From an uncultured Verrucomicrobiota bacterium (GTDB taxonomy: Bacteria > Verrucomicrobiota > Kiritimatiellia > CAIKKV01 > CAITUY01): 64,000 bases of DNA. The notes beneath the pieces are model-generated. The model saw only the letters and a program-made list of their open reading frames with translations. It searched no databases and had not been told where the DNA came from. The position numbers and the translations under genes were made by a program. The DNA lies in NCBI GenBank assembly GCA_964535015.1, contig CAZHRU010000003.1:3940-67939 (forward strand), in the 5' to 3' direction. This document shows, in pieces, positions 36,559 through 45,556 of this stretch; positions within the stretch are counted from its first letter, which is position 1; each line of letters starts with the position of its first letter.

Positions 36559-38241
36559 ATGAAAATAGCGATTGGCGCGGACCACGGCGGTTTTGAGTTG
36601 AAAACCCACCTGCTCGGATGGCTCCGGGAGCGCGGGATTACGGTGGAGGACGTGGGTTGCTACAGTAACGAAGCGGCGGACTATCCCGACTATGCCCGTC
36701 TGGTGTCGGTGATGGTGTCCGAAGGGTTGGTTGACCAGGGCATCCTGATTTGCCGGACCGGGCTGGGGATGAGCATGGCGGCCAACAAGTTTCCGCGCGT
36801 ACGTGCGGCGTTATGCCTGACGCCGGACATGGGGCGGGTGGCCCGGGTTCATAACAACGCCAATGTGTTGGTGCTGGGAAGCGACAACAATTCCCATGAC
36901 AAGATTGGGGCCATCGTCAAGGCGTGGTGCGAGGCCCGGTTTGAAGGGGATGAACGGCACCAGCGGCGCGTGAACAAGATTGGCGCGATGGGGGGATCGG
37001 CTGTGGAGATGGCGGCGGTTGGCCTGGTGGATCCCGAGATTTACGATGCGATCAAGGGCGAGGAGGATCGCGAACAGAAGACGCTGGATTTGATCGCCTC
37101 CGAGAATTATGCCAGCCGGGCGGTGCGCGAGGCGCAGGGGTCGCTGATGACCAACAAGTATGCGGAAGGCTATCCTGGCAAGCGGTACTACAACGGGTGC
37201 GAGTTTGTTGACGTGGCCGAGCGTCTGGCGATTGAGCGGGCCAAGGCCCTGTTCGGCGCCGAGCATGCGAATGTCCAGCCGCATTGCGGGAGTTCGGCCA
37301 ATATGGCGGTTTACTTCGCGATGTTGCAGCCGGGCGATACGATTCTGGCCATGAGTCTGGCGCATGGGGGGCACCTGACACACGGGCACAAGGTCAACTT
37401 TTCCGGGCGTCTTTTCAACATCGTCTCCTACGGGGTCAACAAGGGGACGGAGTTGATTGATTACGACGAGGTGGAGGGACTGGCAAAACAGCACAAGCCC
37501 AAGTTGATTGTTGCCGGCGCCAGTGCCTATCCGCGGGTGCTCGAGTTTGCGCGGTTGCGCCAGATTGCCGACCGTGTCGGTGCCCTGCTGATGGTGGACA
37601 TGGCGCACATTGCCGGTCTGATCGCCGCCGGAGTGCATCCCAACCCCGTGCCTTACAGCGACTTTGTGACGACCACCACGCATAAGACGTTGCGCGGTCC
37701 GCGTAGCGGCATGATCCTGTGCCGTGCGGTCTACGCCCAGGAAATCGACAAGACGGTATTCCCGGGATTGCAGGGCGGTCCGCTGATGCATACGATTGCC
37801 GCCAAGGCCGTGTGCTTCAAGGAAGCCGCGTTGCCGGACTTCAAGGCCTACCAGCGGCAGGTGGTGACGAATGCACGGTTATTGGCGGACTATCTTTCCA
37901 AGCACGGGATGCGGATTGTGTCGGGCGGCACGGATAACCACCTGATGCTGGTGGATCTGACGGGTATTGGCAGTACCGGCAAGGATGCGGCGGTGGCCTT
38001 GGAGAAGGCGGGAATCGTGGTCAACAAGAACGCGATCCCGTTCGATGCCAAGCCGCCGGCGGTGACCTCCGGTATCCGCATCGGGACTCCGGCGGTGACC
38101 ACGCGGGGTCTCAAGGACGCCGAGATGACGCTGTTGGGGCAATGGATTGTGGATGCGGTCAAGCATCAGGGGGATGGGAAACGGTTGGAGAAGATCCGGG
38201 GCGAGGTCCAGGCGCTGGCACTGCGATTTCCGATACCGTAG
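36559..38241 (+). CDS. glyA: Fusion protein: ribose-5-phosphate isomerase B (RpiB/LacAB) plus serine hydroxymethyltransferase (GlyA).
   Basis: RpiB segment [15 protein letters not shown]...[21 protein letters not shown] segments [55 protein letters not shown] and PLP-Lys region [14 protein letters not shown]. 560 aa = 145 + 415. Confidence 0.85.
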   Translation: MKIAIGADHGGFELKTHLLGWLRERGITVEDVGCYSNEAADYPDYARLVSVMVSEGLVDQGILICRTGLGMSMAANKFPRVRAALCLTPDMGRVARVHNNANVLVLGSDNNSHDKIGAIVKAWCEARFEGDERHQRRVNKIGAMGGSAVEMAAVGLVDPEIYDAIKGEEDREQKTLDLIASENYASRAVREAQGSLMTNKYAEGYPGKRYYNGCEFVDVAERLAIERAKALFGAEHANVQPHCGSSANMAVYFAMLQPGDTILAMSLAHGGHLTHGHKVNFSGRLFNIVSYGVNKGTELIDYDEVEGLAKQHKPKLIVAGASAYPRVLEFARLRQIADRVGALLMVDMAHIAGLIAAGVHPNPVPYSDFVTTTTHKTLRGPRSGMILCRAVYAQEIDKTVFPGLQGGPLMHTIAAKAVCFKEAALPDFKAYQRQVVTNARLLADYLSKHGMRIVSGGTDNHLMLVDLTGIGSTGKDAAVALEKAGIVVNKNAIPFDAKPPAVTSGIRIGTPAVTTRGLKDAEMTLLGQWIVDAVKHQGDGKRLEKIRGEVQALALRFPIP

Positions 38242-38264
38242 AGTCTGGAAGAAGGAGGACGGTT

Positions 38265-38798
38265 GTGATTCTTCGCGATTTGACCAAAGACGAGATGGCC
38301 ATGGTGGAACAGGTGGGCCATCAGCAGGAGGTGGCCCGCGGGGACTGGATCGTGAGGGAAGGCGATGTGGGTCAGTCGTTTTTCCTGGTGATCAGCGGGC
38401 GAGTGGAAGTGCGCAAGAACCTTGGCATGGACAAGTACAAGCGGTTGGTCGAACTGGGGCCGTTGGATGTTTTCGGCGAGGTGTGTTTTCTTGGGGTGGC
38501 ATCCCGGTCGGCGGGGGTGGTGGCGCTGGAGCCGACGGTGGTGATGGAGTTCAGACAGGATGACTTCGAAAAATTGATCGCCGTGCATCCGTTGATCGGA
38601 CTCAAGTTATACCGCGGGATCGCCCGCGAGTTGGCGCAACGCCTGGCCTGTGTGGATAGCGATCTGAGGGATGCGCTGTTGTGGGCGCTGGGCGACAAAC
38701 GGATGGCGGCGGACCCCGTGGTGCTTTCCCAGCGCAAGTTGACGCTGGCGCCGCTGTCCTCCCGTGTCGGCGGCAACGCCAGGATTGTCGTCGAGTAA
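38265..38798 (+). CDS. Cyclic-nucleotide-binding (cNMP/CAP effector) domain protein without a DNA-binding domain.
   Basis: cNMP-binding segment IVREGDVGQSFFLVISGRVEVRKN...FGEVCFLG. GGAGG RBS 7 nt before the GTG at 38265; the track ORF is 5'-extended into glyA. Confidence 0.65.
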   Translation: MILRDLTKDEMAMVEQVGHQQEVARGDWIVREGDVGQSFFLVISGRVEVRKNLGMDKYKRLVELGPLDVFGEVCFLGVASRSAGVVALEPTVVMEFRQDDFEKLIAVHPLIGLKLYRGIARELAQRLACVDSDLRDALLWALGDKRMAADPVVLSQRKLTLAPLSSRVGGNARIVVE

Positions 38799-38800
38799 AG

Positions 38801-39454
38801 ATGAAGCCGCGTGACATTCCCTTTGTCCATCGGCGTTTGAAAGCGCATTTCGAATCCACACGGAGTCCGGTGGCGGCCTTCATGGCAACGCGGACGAATG
38901 ATCCCTACCGTGTCCTGGTGGCCACGATCCTCAGTTCACGGACCAAGGACCAGACGACAGAGGTTGTGTCGCAACGCCTGTTTGAGGCGGCGCCGAGGGC
39001 GGCGGCGCTTCGCGGAATACCCGTGGCGCGCTTGGAAACCCTGCTACGTCCTGTCGGGTTCTTCCGGACCAAAGCGCGCATGCTGAAGCAGTTGCCGGAT
39101 GCGCTGGATGAACGGTTTGGCGGCCGTATTCCGGAGGCGGTGGAGGATCTGGTGCGTCTGCCGGGGGTGGGGCGTAAGACGGCCAACCTGGTGGTGTCGG
39201 AGGCGTTTGACCGGCCGGGCATTTGTGTGGATGTGCATGTACACCGGATCTGCAACCGGTTGGGGTTGATCAAGACCGGGACGCCTGAAGCGACGGAAAT
39301 GACGTTGCGGCGGCTGTTGCCTGTCCGTTATTGGAAGACGTGGAACCGTTATCTGGTGGCGTTCGGACAAACCTTATGTACGCCGCGGAATCCCAAGTGT
39401 GCGGTTTGCCCGGTGCAAGCGCGGTGTGATACAGGGGCGGGGACGGTTCGGTAA
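38801..39454 (+). CDS. nth: Endonuclease III (HhH-GPD DNA glycosylase with [4Fe-4S] cluster).
   Basis: HhH segment LVRLPGVGRKTANLV. Cluster motif CTPRNPKCAVCPVQARC. Start MKPRDIP at 38801, 2 nt after the preceding stop. Confidence 0.9.
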   Translation: MKPRDIPFVHRRLKAHFESTRSPVAAFMATRTNDPYRVLVATILSSRTKDQTTEVVSQRLFEAAPRAAALRGIPVARLETLLRPVGFFRTKARMLKQLPDALDERFGGRIPEAVEDLVRLPGVGRKTANLVVSEAFDRPGICVDVHVHRICNRLGLIKTGTPEATEMTLRRLLPVRYWKTWNRYLVAFGQTLCTPRNPKCAVCPVQARCDTGAGTVR

Positions 39455-39484
39455 AGTATGGGTAATCCATGGAGGGTGGAGGTT

Positions 39485-39898
39485 ATGAAGAACATTTGCA
39501 ATACGTTGGCGGTGCTGGCGGTGATGACCGTTCTGGTGATGTGTTTTGCCTGTGCTAAACGGGAACCGGTGAGTCATTTCGTTATTGTGCCGCGGAGCGG
39601 GCAGACTGAAATTGCCGCGGCGGATATTGAGAAATTGCGGGTAACATTGGACGCGGTCGGCGAACATTACAAGATGACGAAAAAGCAGTCCGGGCAGGCG
39701 GGGATCATCCGTTACTATGCACCCAACGACGACTACGAGATCGGGTTCTATGCCAAACGCGAGGCGTCGTACCTGAAGGTGTATGCGATTCCGATGACGC
39801 CGTCGGTTGCCGGTTCGAAGAACTTTGTGGCCTTCCGGCAGAACCTGGCGAATGTACTGTCGGGGGCGTTTCCGGGCCGGGTCTCCGTGGTGAAGTAG
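39485..39898 (+). CDS. Hypothetical lipoprotein.
   Basis: Signal/lipobox MKNICNTLAVLAVMTVLVMCFAC. Lower GC than the surroundings. No recognisable domain. Confidence 0.5.
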   Translation: MKNICNTLAVLAVMTVLVMCFACAKREPVSHFVIVPRSGQTEIAAADIEKLRVTLDAVGEHYKMTKKQSGQAGIIRYYAPNDDYEIGFYAKREASYLKVYAIPMTPSVAGSKNFVAFRQNLANVLSGAFPGRVSVVK

Positions 39899-39933
39899 CA
39901 GGCGAAGACGGTGGTGATGGGCAGGTCCGTTGC

Positions 39934-39980
39934 GGACGTTCAACGTTTGCCTCCACCGGGGCGAGCCCGGTGGCCGGCTG
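39934..39980. repeat. Hairpin-containing intergenic repeat (GACGTTCAACGTTTGCCTCCACCGG-loop-CCGGTGG), related to the 48474-48658 array.
   Basis: 25 of 26 nt identical to 48609-48634. Perfect 8-bp stem CCACCGGG/CCCGGTGG. Confidence 0.8.
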
Positions 39981-40063
39981 CCGTCATGTCGCCAAGACTC
40001 AGAGATGCGCCCCCGGGAATCATCCTGTTGACGGATGCCTGCAAATGTGCGTATTAATGATCT

Positions 40064-42904
40064 ATGAAGCATGGCCTATTTGTCGCGGGTTGTTGTGCGC
40101 TAGTGATGGTCGCCCTACTGGCCGGGGGATGCGCCTCGACGGCGATCAAAGGGACTCCGTTCTACACAGCCGTGGATGAGAAGCCGGCGGGGCCGCCGGA
40201 GGATCGTATCTGGGCCTGGCCCTTGGTCTACTATCGCGATCCGGCGCTTTCGATCCTGTGGCCCATCTTCGAGAAGAACGACCAATGGCTTGCCGTAAGG
40301 CCGGTTTTCTCGATCTACGGGCTGGACCGTGGCAAGCATCAGTACAATGTGCTGTGGCCGATCGCCCAGTGGGATTGGGAGACGGGCAACCATCGCGTCT
40401 TTCCCTATTTCTGGGGGGCTAATTACCGGGCGTTGTTCCCCTTGTATTGGCACTTCAATCACCCGTTGAACGGGTACGGAACCGATACGCTTTTCCCGTT
40501 GTGGTATTACACCCGGAACGCGGGGCAGTACAGTTTCTGGGCGGTGGGTCCGGTGTTCCACTCCAAGAATCGCGGGGGTGAAACCGGCTGGCACGTGTGG
40601 CCGGTGACGGGGCATTACGCGGGTTCGGATCACAGTTACCGGTTCTTTGCCTGGCCGCTGGCCCACCAGTGGCGCGGGCACGGGGACCGGGGTGCGGATA
40701 CGATCATTCCGTTATTCTATCGTGGATGGGGCCCAGACAGCCGCACGTTTATCAGTCCGTTGTGGATGACGCGCTCCAATGAAGGGGAAACGTGGCGATG
40801 TCTGCCACCCCTGTTCTACGAGCAATCCGGCAAAGGGGCGTCGCGGTTCCTTTCCCTGCCCTGGTCCTATGGTGCCGAGCGGGACGGCAGTGCGTGGCAT
40901 CTCGCTTTTCCTTTCTACTTCGATAAAGTTGCTTCCAATCGCGTCACCCGTCTGACGCCTTTGGGCGGGTCGAGGACGGTGGGTGAACGAACGGAGTGGG
41001 GTGTTGTGCCGGTGCTTTCGTGGGGGACAACGACACCCACGAGCCATTCCACCTGGGTCGCGGCGGGCCTGGCCCATCATTCGCAGGATGGCGCCAGTCG
41101 GTCACACCATGTATTGCCCCTGTACTACTCCAGCAGTGATTCGGATAGTTCCACCTTCATTTCCATTCCCTATAGTCAGCGGCGGACCGTTAGTGGCGCC
41201 CAATGGGATCTGGCGTTCCCATTGGTGTACCGGTACCGGTCGCCGGAGGCGAACCGGTGGATAACTCCGTTGGCGGCGGGCGGCGGGACGACCGATGGGC
41301 GCGAACGCTGGCATGCCATTCTGCCCCTGTACTATAGTCAGCAAGACGGGCAGGGGAGTTCGCTGGTCACCCTGGCGGGGGGATATCACCGCGATCCATC
41401 CGGGACGCGGTGGAATGCGTGGCCGTTGCTGACCTGGCGGACGGAGGACAAGGAGGGTTCCGATTTCTGGGCACTGGCACCCCTGATTCATGCCCGGCAC
41501 GAAGCGGGATATTCCACACACCATGTGTTACCCGTTTACTACTGGAACAGTCGTACGGACAGTCTTGTTTCCCTGCTGGCCGCGCGTTGGCAGACAGCGG
41601 CATCCAATACGGTGACGTTGGTCCCGCCGGCGTTGAGTTGGAAGGTGACGTCGACAAACCGGTCGGATCTCTGGTTGGCTGGCGGACTGGCCAGGGCCAG
41701 TTGGGGGGCGAAGCCGGGGCCCCATCATGTCGTTCCCTTGTATTACCGTGACCGGGAACGCGACACCTTCATTTCGCCGGTTTTTGCTCAATGGGAGGCC
41801 AGTGATGAGTCGCGGGTTACTGTGATTCCGCCCCTATTGGGTGCGGGAAGTTCATCACCGCAGAACAGGGATCTGTGGTTTCTGGCGGGATTGGGCAAGG
41901 CCAGTTGGGGTGAACATCCGGGGGCCCGCTATCTGGTTCCCCTTTTCTATGAGAACCCGCAGACGGGCTCGTTTATTTCGCCGTTCTTTACCCGGTCCAC
42001 TGCCGGAACGCGCGACACCCGTTTCTACCCGCCGCTCCTGTCTCTTGACATCACCGACGGATCGCAGCGCGACATCTGGGGGTTGGCCGGCCTCGCGCAT
42101 TACTCCGGCGATTCAGTGACCCGCACCAGCAGTGGCTACCTTCTGCCGCTTTTCTATTATGACTCCACCAACACGCTTCTCACTCCGCTCTTCGGACGTC
42201 ATCGCCAAAATGAGAACGGGTTCTTCTATCCGCTCACGCCGCTGGCTGGTGTCCGCACGGGGCAACGGTCGGGGGGGTGGTTGTTTCCGCTTTTTTCGCA
42301 CACGCGCCAGCGGGAAAGTGGTGACATCAACGGCATGGTTCTTTGGGGTCCGTACTGGCGTGATCATGTCCGCAAGGGGGCGTTTCTGTTTCCGTTCTTC
42401 TATCACCAACGTGATCTTGCGCCACTGAACAGCAAAGAGAGCGTCAATCGCAAGACGTATGTCTTTCCGACGTTCTGGAAGCGGACGTTGGCCTACACGG
42501 AGGTCGGGTCCAATTCAAGAAAGCGGATTCTGGATACGAAGAATATGTTTGTGCCGTTTTGGGCGCACACGGAGACAGGGGTTTTGGGGAAGGCGCCTGA
42601 TGTGGCTGAGACGTCCGTCCTGCTGGGGGCCTGGAACAGCCGGAAAGAGAAAGTGGCGGCGCCGGGTTCAGATCAGACCGTTACGCAATGCCGGAAGCGG
42701 CTCCTGTGGTGGCTCTGGCGATATGACCGGAACGGCGCGGATATGGCGATGGATATATTTCCGGGGATCAGCATTGACCGGAAGGGCGACGGATTCAAGA
42801 AGACGGCCTTCTTCTACCGCCTCTACCGCAACGAGGTAACGCCCGACGGCAAGCGCAAGATGGATATCCTGTTCATTCCGATCCTGCGCCCCCGCCAGGG
42901 GTAG
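40064..42904 (+). CDS. Large repeat lipoprotein (946 aa) built of ~15-18 tandem W/Y/P-rich modules; function unknown.
   Basis: Lipobox LLAGGCAS. Recurrent module ...DLW.LAGL[AG]+ASWG..PG.[HRY][HY]+VPL[FY]Y......[ST]FISP.F... (HHVLPLYY, HHVVPLYY, RYLVPLFY, GYLLPLFY, AILPLYY ...). Confidence 0.6.
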   Translation: MKHGLFVAGCCALVMVALLAGGCASTAIKGTPFYTAVDEKPAGPPEDRIWAWPLVYYRDPALSILWPIFEKNDQWLAVRPVFSIYGLDRGKHQYNVLWPIAQWDWETGNHRVFPYFWGANYRALFPLYWHFNHPLNGYGTDTLFPLWYYTRNAGQYSFWAVGPVFHSKNRGGETGWHVWPVTGHYAGSDHSYRFFAWPLAHQWRGHGDRGADTIIPLFYRGWGPDSRTFISPLWMTRSNEGETWRCLPPLFYEQSGKGASRFLSLPWSYGAERDGSAWHLAFPFYFDKVASNRVTRLTPLGGSRTVGERTEWGVVPVLSWGTTTPTSHSTWVAAGLAHHSQDGASRSHHVLPLYYSSSDSDSSTFISIPYSQRRTVSGAQWDLAFPLVYRYRSPEANRWITPLAAGGGTTDGRERWHAILPLYYSQQDGQGSSLVTLAGGYHRDPSGTRWNAWPLLTWRTEDKEGSDFWALAPLIHARHEAGYSTHHVLPVYYWNSRTDSLVSLLAARWQTAASNTVTLVPPALSWKVTSTNRSDLWLAGGLARASWGAKPGPHHVVPLYYRDRERDTFISPVFAQWEASDESRVTVIPPLLGAGSSSPQNRDLWFLAGLGKASWGEHPGARYLVPLFYENPQTGSFISPFFTRSTAGTRDTRFYPPLLSLDITDGSQRDIWGLAGLAHYSGDSVTRTSSGYLLPLFYYDSTNTLLTPLFGRHRQNENGFFYPLTPLAGVRTGQRSGGWLFPLFSHTRQRESGDINGMVLWGPYWRDHVRKGAFLFPFFYHQRDLAPLNSKESVNRKTYVFPTFWKRTLAYTEVGSNSRKRILDTKNMFVPFWAHTETGVLGKAPDVAETSVLLGAWNSRKEKVAAPGSDQTVTQCRKRLLWWLWRYDRNGADMAMDIFPGISIDRKGDGFKKTAFFYRLYRNEVTPDGKRKMDILFIPILRPRQG

Positions 42905-42926
42905 CGGTCTGATGCAGGCCACAGGC

Positions 42927-42984
42927 GGCATTCGAAAGAATGCCGCTACCGACCTTGACGTAACGGAATCCTTTCGGATTCCGC
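42927..42984. repeat. Double-hairpin intergenic element, copy 1 (GGCATTC-GAAA-GAATGCC ... GCTACCGA ... CGGAATCC-TTTC-GGATTCCG).
   Basis: Two perfect stem-loops with GAAA/TTTC tetraloops, sitting between convergent gene ends. Near-identical copy at 45465-45527. Confidence 0.8.
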
Positions 42985-43089
42985 CTGCAGTTTGGTTTCC
43001 CCCAGGGACAGTTTCCCCCAGGGATAGTCCCTGTTGAACTGAATTGGCAAACCGGGCCAAACTACAGGGTTCGCCCTCAGGCGAGCCGA

Positions 43090-44172
43090 TCACAAGCGGT
43101 TGAGGATGGTGCTGCCGCGTTCGAAGAACCACTGGAGTGTATCGTGTTCGACCTCGGGCGGGATCGAGTGGTCGGAAGCGACGATCACGCCGCTTCCCCC
43201 CTTCAACACGGGAATGATTTTCCGGTTGAGTTCCTCGTCAATCAGTGCTCGATCGTTGCTCGCGAGAATCCGGATGTCAATGTTGCCGCAGAAGGTGATG
43301 CGGTCCCCGTACTGTTTTGCCAGTCGCGGCATATCCATACCCGCCTTGACCTCCATGGCCTGCAGGCAGTCCATGCCTGCAGAGATCAGGCCGGGCACCA
43401 GGGGTTCGACGAACCCGCAGGAATGAACGACGACCTTCAATCCCTTGGAGTGTGCGTAGTCGAAGAGAAGTTTGTGGCCGGGCATGACCAGTTCCTCGTA
43501 CATCGCGGGCGACATGAAGGGTTTCTCCTTGAACCCCATGTCCTCGAAGAACCAGATGAAATCGGGAGTTCCTTCTTCGGCGAAGAGGACCTCCAGATGC
43601 ATGATGGTCATGCGGGCATAGGTCATGACCATGTCCAGGACCCAGTCGGGGTCCAGGCCCATGCCCATGAGCATGTACTCATGACCGCAGACCGGGTGCA
43701 TTTGCTCGAAGGGCGCCACACCGTGCCAGCAGAATGCGCGGCCTTCTGCCGCGGCCAAGGCCTTTTGGTTCCGGTACCCTTCAAAGGGGATGCGGCGGCG
43801 ATCCACCTTCAGGAGGTGCGGTTTGATCATGGATTCCCAGGGGCCCCGTTCCTGGACGGCGAAGTCCACATGTTCCGGTGTTCCGGAGCGTGCCTTCCAC
43901 CAGCGCAAGGTGGCGCCGTTGCCGTTAAGCACCAGTTTGGTTTCGGCGGTTTCCTCCAGAAGTTTGTCAGTGAAGTCCAGGTCGGCAGTGCTGTTCAGCC
44001 AGCCGCCGGAACGCCAACTCATGTTGAAATGGGTGACGGCATCTTCGTTGGTCCGTAGTTTGCCTTGGGCCGCGTACTTCACCCGGGTCTCTCCCCACAA
44101 TGAATCCCCGTAGGGCAACGCATCCACGGGTTTGCGGTTCAACGTATTCAACAAGCGCGTTTTGTGTGTCAT
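43090..44172 (-). CDS. Uroporphyrinogen decarboxylase (URO-D) family protein (MtaA/CmuA-like methyltransferase or decarboxylase homologue).
   Basis: Start MTHKTRLLNTLNRKPVDALPYGDSLWGE at 44172. URO-D-like core, and the family-like segment ...HSCGFVEPLVPGLISAGMDCLQ.... Confidence 0.55.
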   Translation of the reverse strand: MTHKTRLLNTLNRKPVDALPYGDSLWGETRVKYAAQGKLRTNEDAVTHFNMSWRSGGWLNSTADLDFTDKLLEETAETKLVLNGNGATLRWWKARSGTPEHVDFAVQERGPWESMIKPHLLKVDRRRIPFEGYRNQKALAAAEGRAFCWHGVAPFEQMHPVCGHEYMLMGMGLDPDWVLDMVMTYARMTIMHLEVLFAEEGTPDFIWFFEDMGFKEKPFMSPAMYEELVMPGHKLLFDYAHSKGLKVVVHSCGFVEPLVPGLISAGMDCLQAMEVKAGMDMPRLAKQYGDRITFCGNIDIRILASNDRALIDEELNRKIIPVLKGGSGVIVASDHSIPPEVEHDTLQWFFERGSTILNRL

Positions 44173-44290
44173 GGGTATTTTCCTGCTGATGACAATTTCG
44201 ACAGGGGGTAAATGGTGCAAGTTGCCGGCATCATTTGCAAGTCCTGACATCATTCCCGGAGCATGTTTGGGTTTTGGCATCCACAGTGTT

Positions 44291-44388
44291 TGGCGTCACG
44301 CCGTGACGTCCTACAGAATCCAGAATGTGTAGGACCGCACGGTGTGCGGTCGCAATCCAGAAGGGGTGGGGCCGCACGGTGTGCGGTC
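44291..44388. promoter_or_regulatory. Divergent promoter region carrying three palindromes: GTCACG-c-CGTGAC and two copies of CCGCACGG-T-GTGCGG(TC).
   Basis: Palindromes at 44293-44309, 44333-44351 and 44371-44388, ~40 bp apart. CAGAATCCAGAATG motif at 44314-44327. Confidence 0.5.
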
Positions 44389-44513
44389 GGAGTTTGCGTA
44401 TGGCCGCGCTGAGACGTGGAGAGGCGCGTGGGGGATTCGTGAAAAGTCGTGACTAATCCTGCGGAAACCGTTAAACAACCCGCGCTACACATCATGGAAA
44501 GGGTAGAATTCAC

Positions 44514-45320
44514 ATGCTGACGTTGCTTATATCGTTGTTGGCGATGGTGGGGGTATGGGTTGGGTTGCGGCATGGGGTCGCGATGGTGAATGGGTGGAGT
44601 ATTGTGGTGGCGGTTACCGTGGGGGTGGGGATCTACATCGGGACCATGTTGTTGCTTCGGCGCAAAGTCGGGGCCCTGATGACAGCCGTGCAGAACCGCA
44701 TCACCAGCCGGAATGCCATCCTCATGCGGAAGTACCAGCAACTGGGCAGTCGGGGCGGGGACCCCAAGCGGCTGATGGACCAGGCGCGCCGGGAGCAGGA
44801 ATCCATTTTGGCCGAGGCCCTGGAGGCGACCCGCCAGTTGGATCCCTACTGCAAATGGAGCCCGTTGCTTGACCGGCAGATCAATTCCATCCGCGTCCAG
44901 TTCCTGTTCCAGTTGAAGAAGTACGACGAGGTTGACCGGCTTCTACCGAAGGCCCTGCTGACCGAGCCCGTTCTGGTATGCATGAAGATGTGCCGACAAT
45001 ACCAGCGCGGCGCCGAGGCCGACCTCGAGAAGACGTACAACAAGTATCGAAAGAAATTCAAACTGGATGCCGCCATCATCTATGCGACGTATGCGTGGAT
45101 GTTGCTCAGGAAGAAGCAAGGCGACAAGGCCCGGCAAGTCCTGCTGGATGGCAAGACGGCGACGGAGAACGACATTCTGGAGAAGAACTGGGAACACTTG
45201 TCCAACGACAGGCCGAGTCATTTCTCCAATGCCGGGTTTGGCGAGTCCTGGTATGCCCTGTATCTGGAAGAGCCCAAGCAACCCAAGCCGAGGGTGGAGC
45301 GGCGTATCCGGAGGTGGTAG
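44514..45320 (+). CDS. Hypothetical membrane protein (two N-terminal TM helices plus a helical cytoplasmic domain).
   Basis: N-terminal TM-like segment MLTLLISLLAMVGVWVGL...IVVAVTVGVGIYIGTMLLL. No known catalytic motif. Confidence 0.45.
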   Translation: MLTLLISLLAMVGVWVGLRHGVAMVNGWSIVVAVTVGVGIYIGTMLLLRRKVGALMTAVQNRITSRNAILMRKYQQLGSRGGDPKRLMDQARREQESILAEALEATRQLDPYCKWSPLLDRQINSIRVQFLFQLKKYDEVDRLLPKALLTEPVLVCMKMCRQYQRGAEADLEKTYNKYRKKFKLDAAIIYATYAWMLLRKKQGDKARQVLLDGKTATENDILEKNWEHLSNDRPSHFSNAGFGESWYALYLEEPKQPKPRVERRIRRW

Positions 45321-45464
45321 GGGGGGGGCTGTTCCCTGGGTGAAAGGTCCATCAGGATTTTTCTCCGGGGACAGACCCTGTTGAACCCGCTGTTCGCGGC
45401 GTCGCAGGAGCTCCGCCCTCCAGAAGGCGTGTTTGGATTTCTCCCGGGGGCACGGCACTGGTGC

Positions 45465-45527
45465 GGCATTCGAAAGAATGCCGCTACCGAACCTGACATA
45501 GCGGAATCTGAAAGGATTCCGCTACCG
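45465..45527. repeat. Double-hairpin intergenic element, copy 2.
   Basis: ggcattcgaaagaatgccgctaccgaacctgacatagcggaatctgaaaggattccgctaccga. Again located between convergent gene ends. Confidence 0.8.
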
Positions 45528-45556
45528 ATTGTGCTTTATTACGGGTTCCCCGGGTA

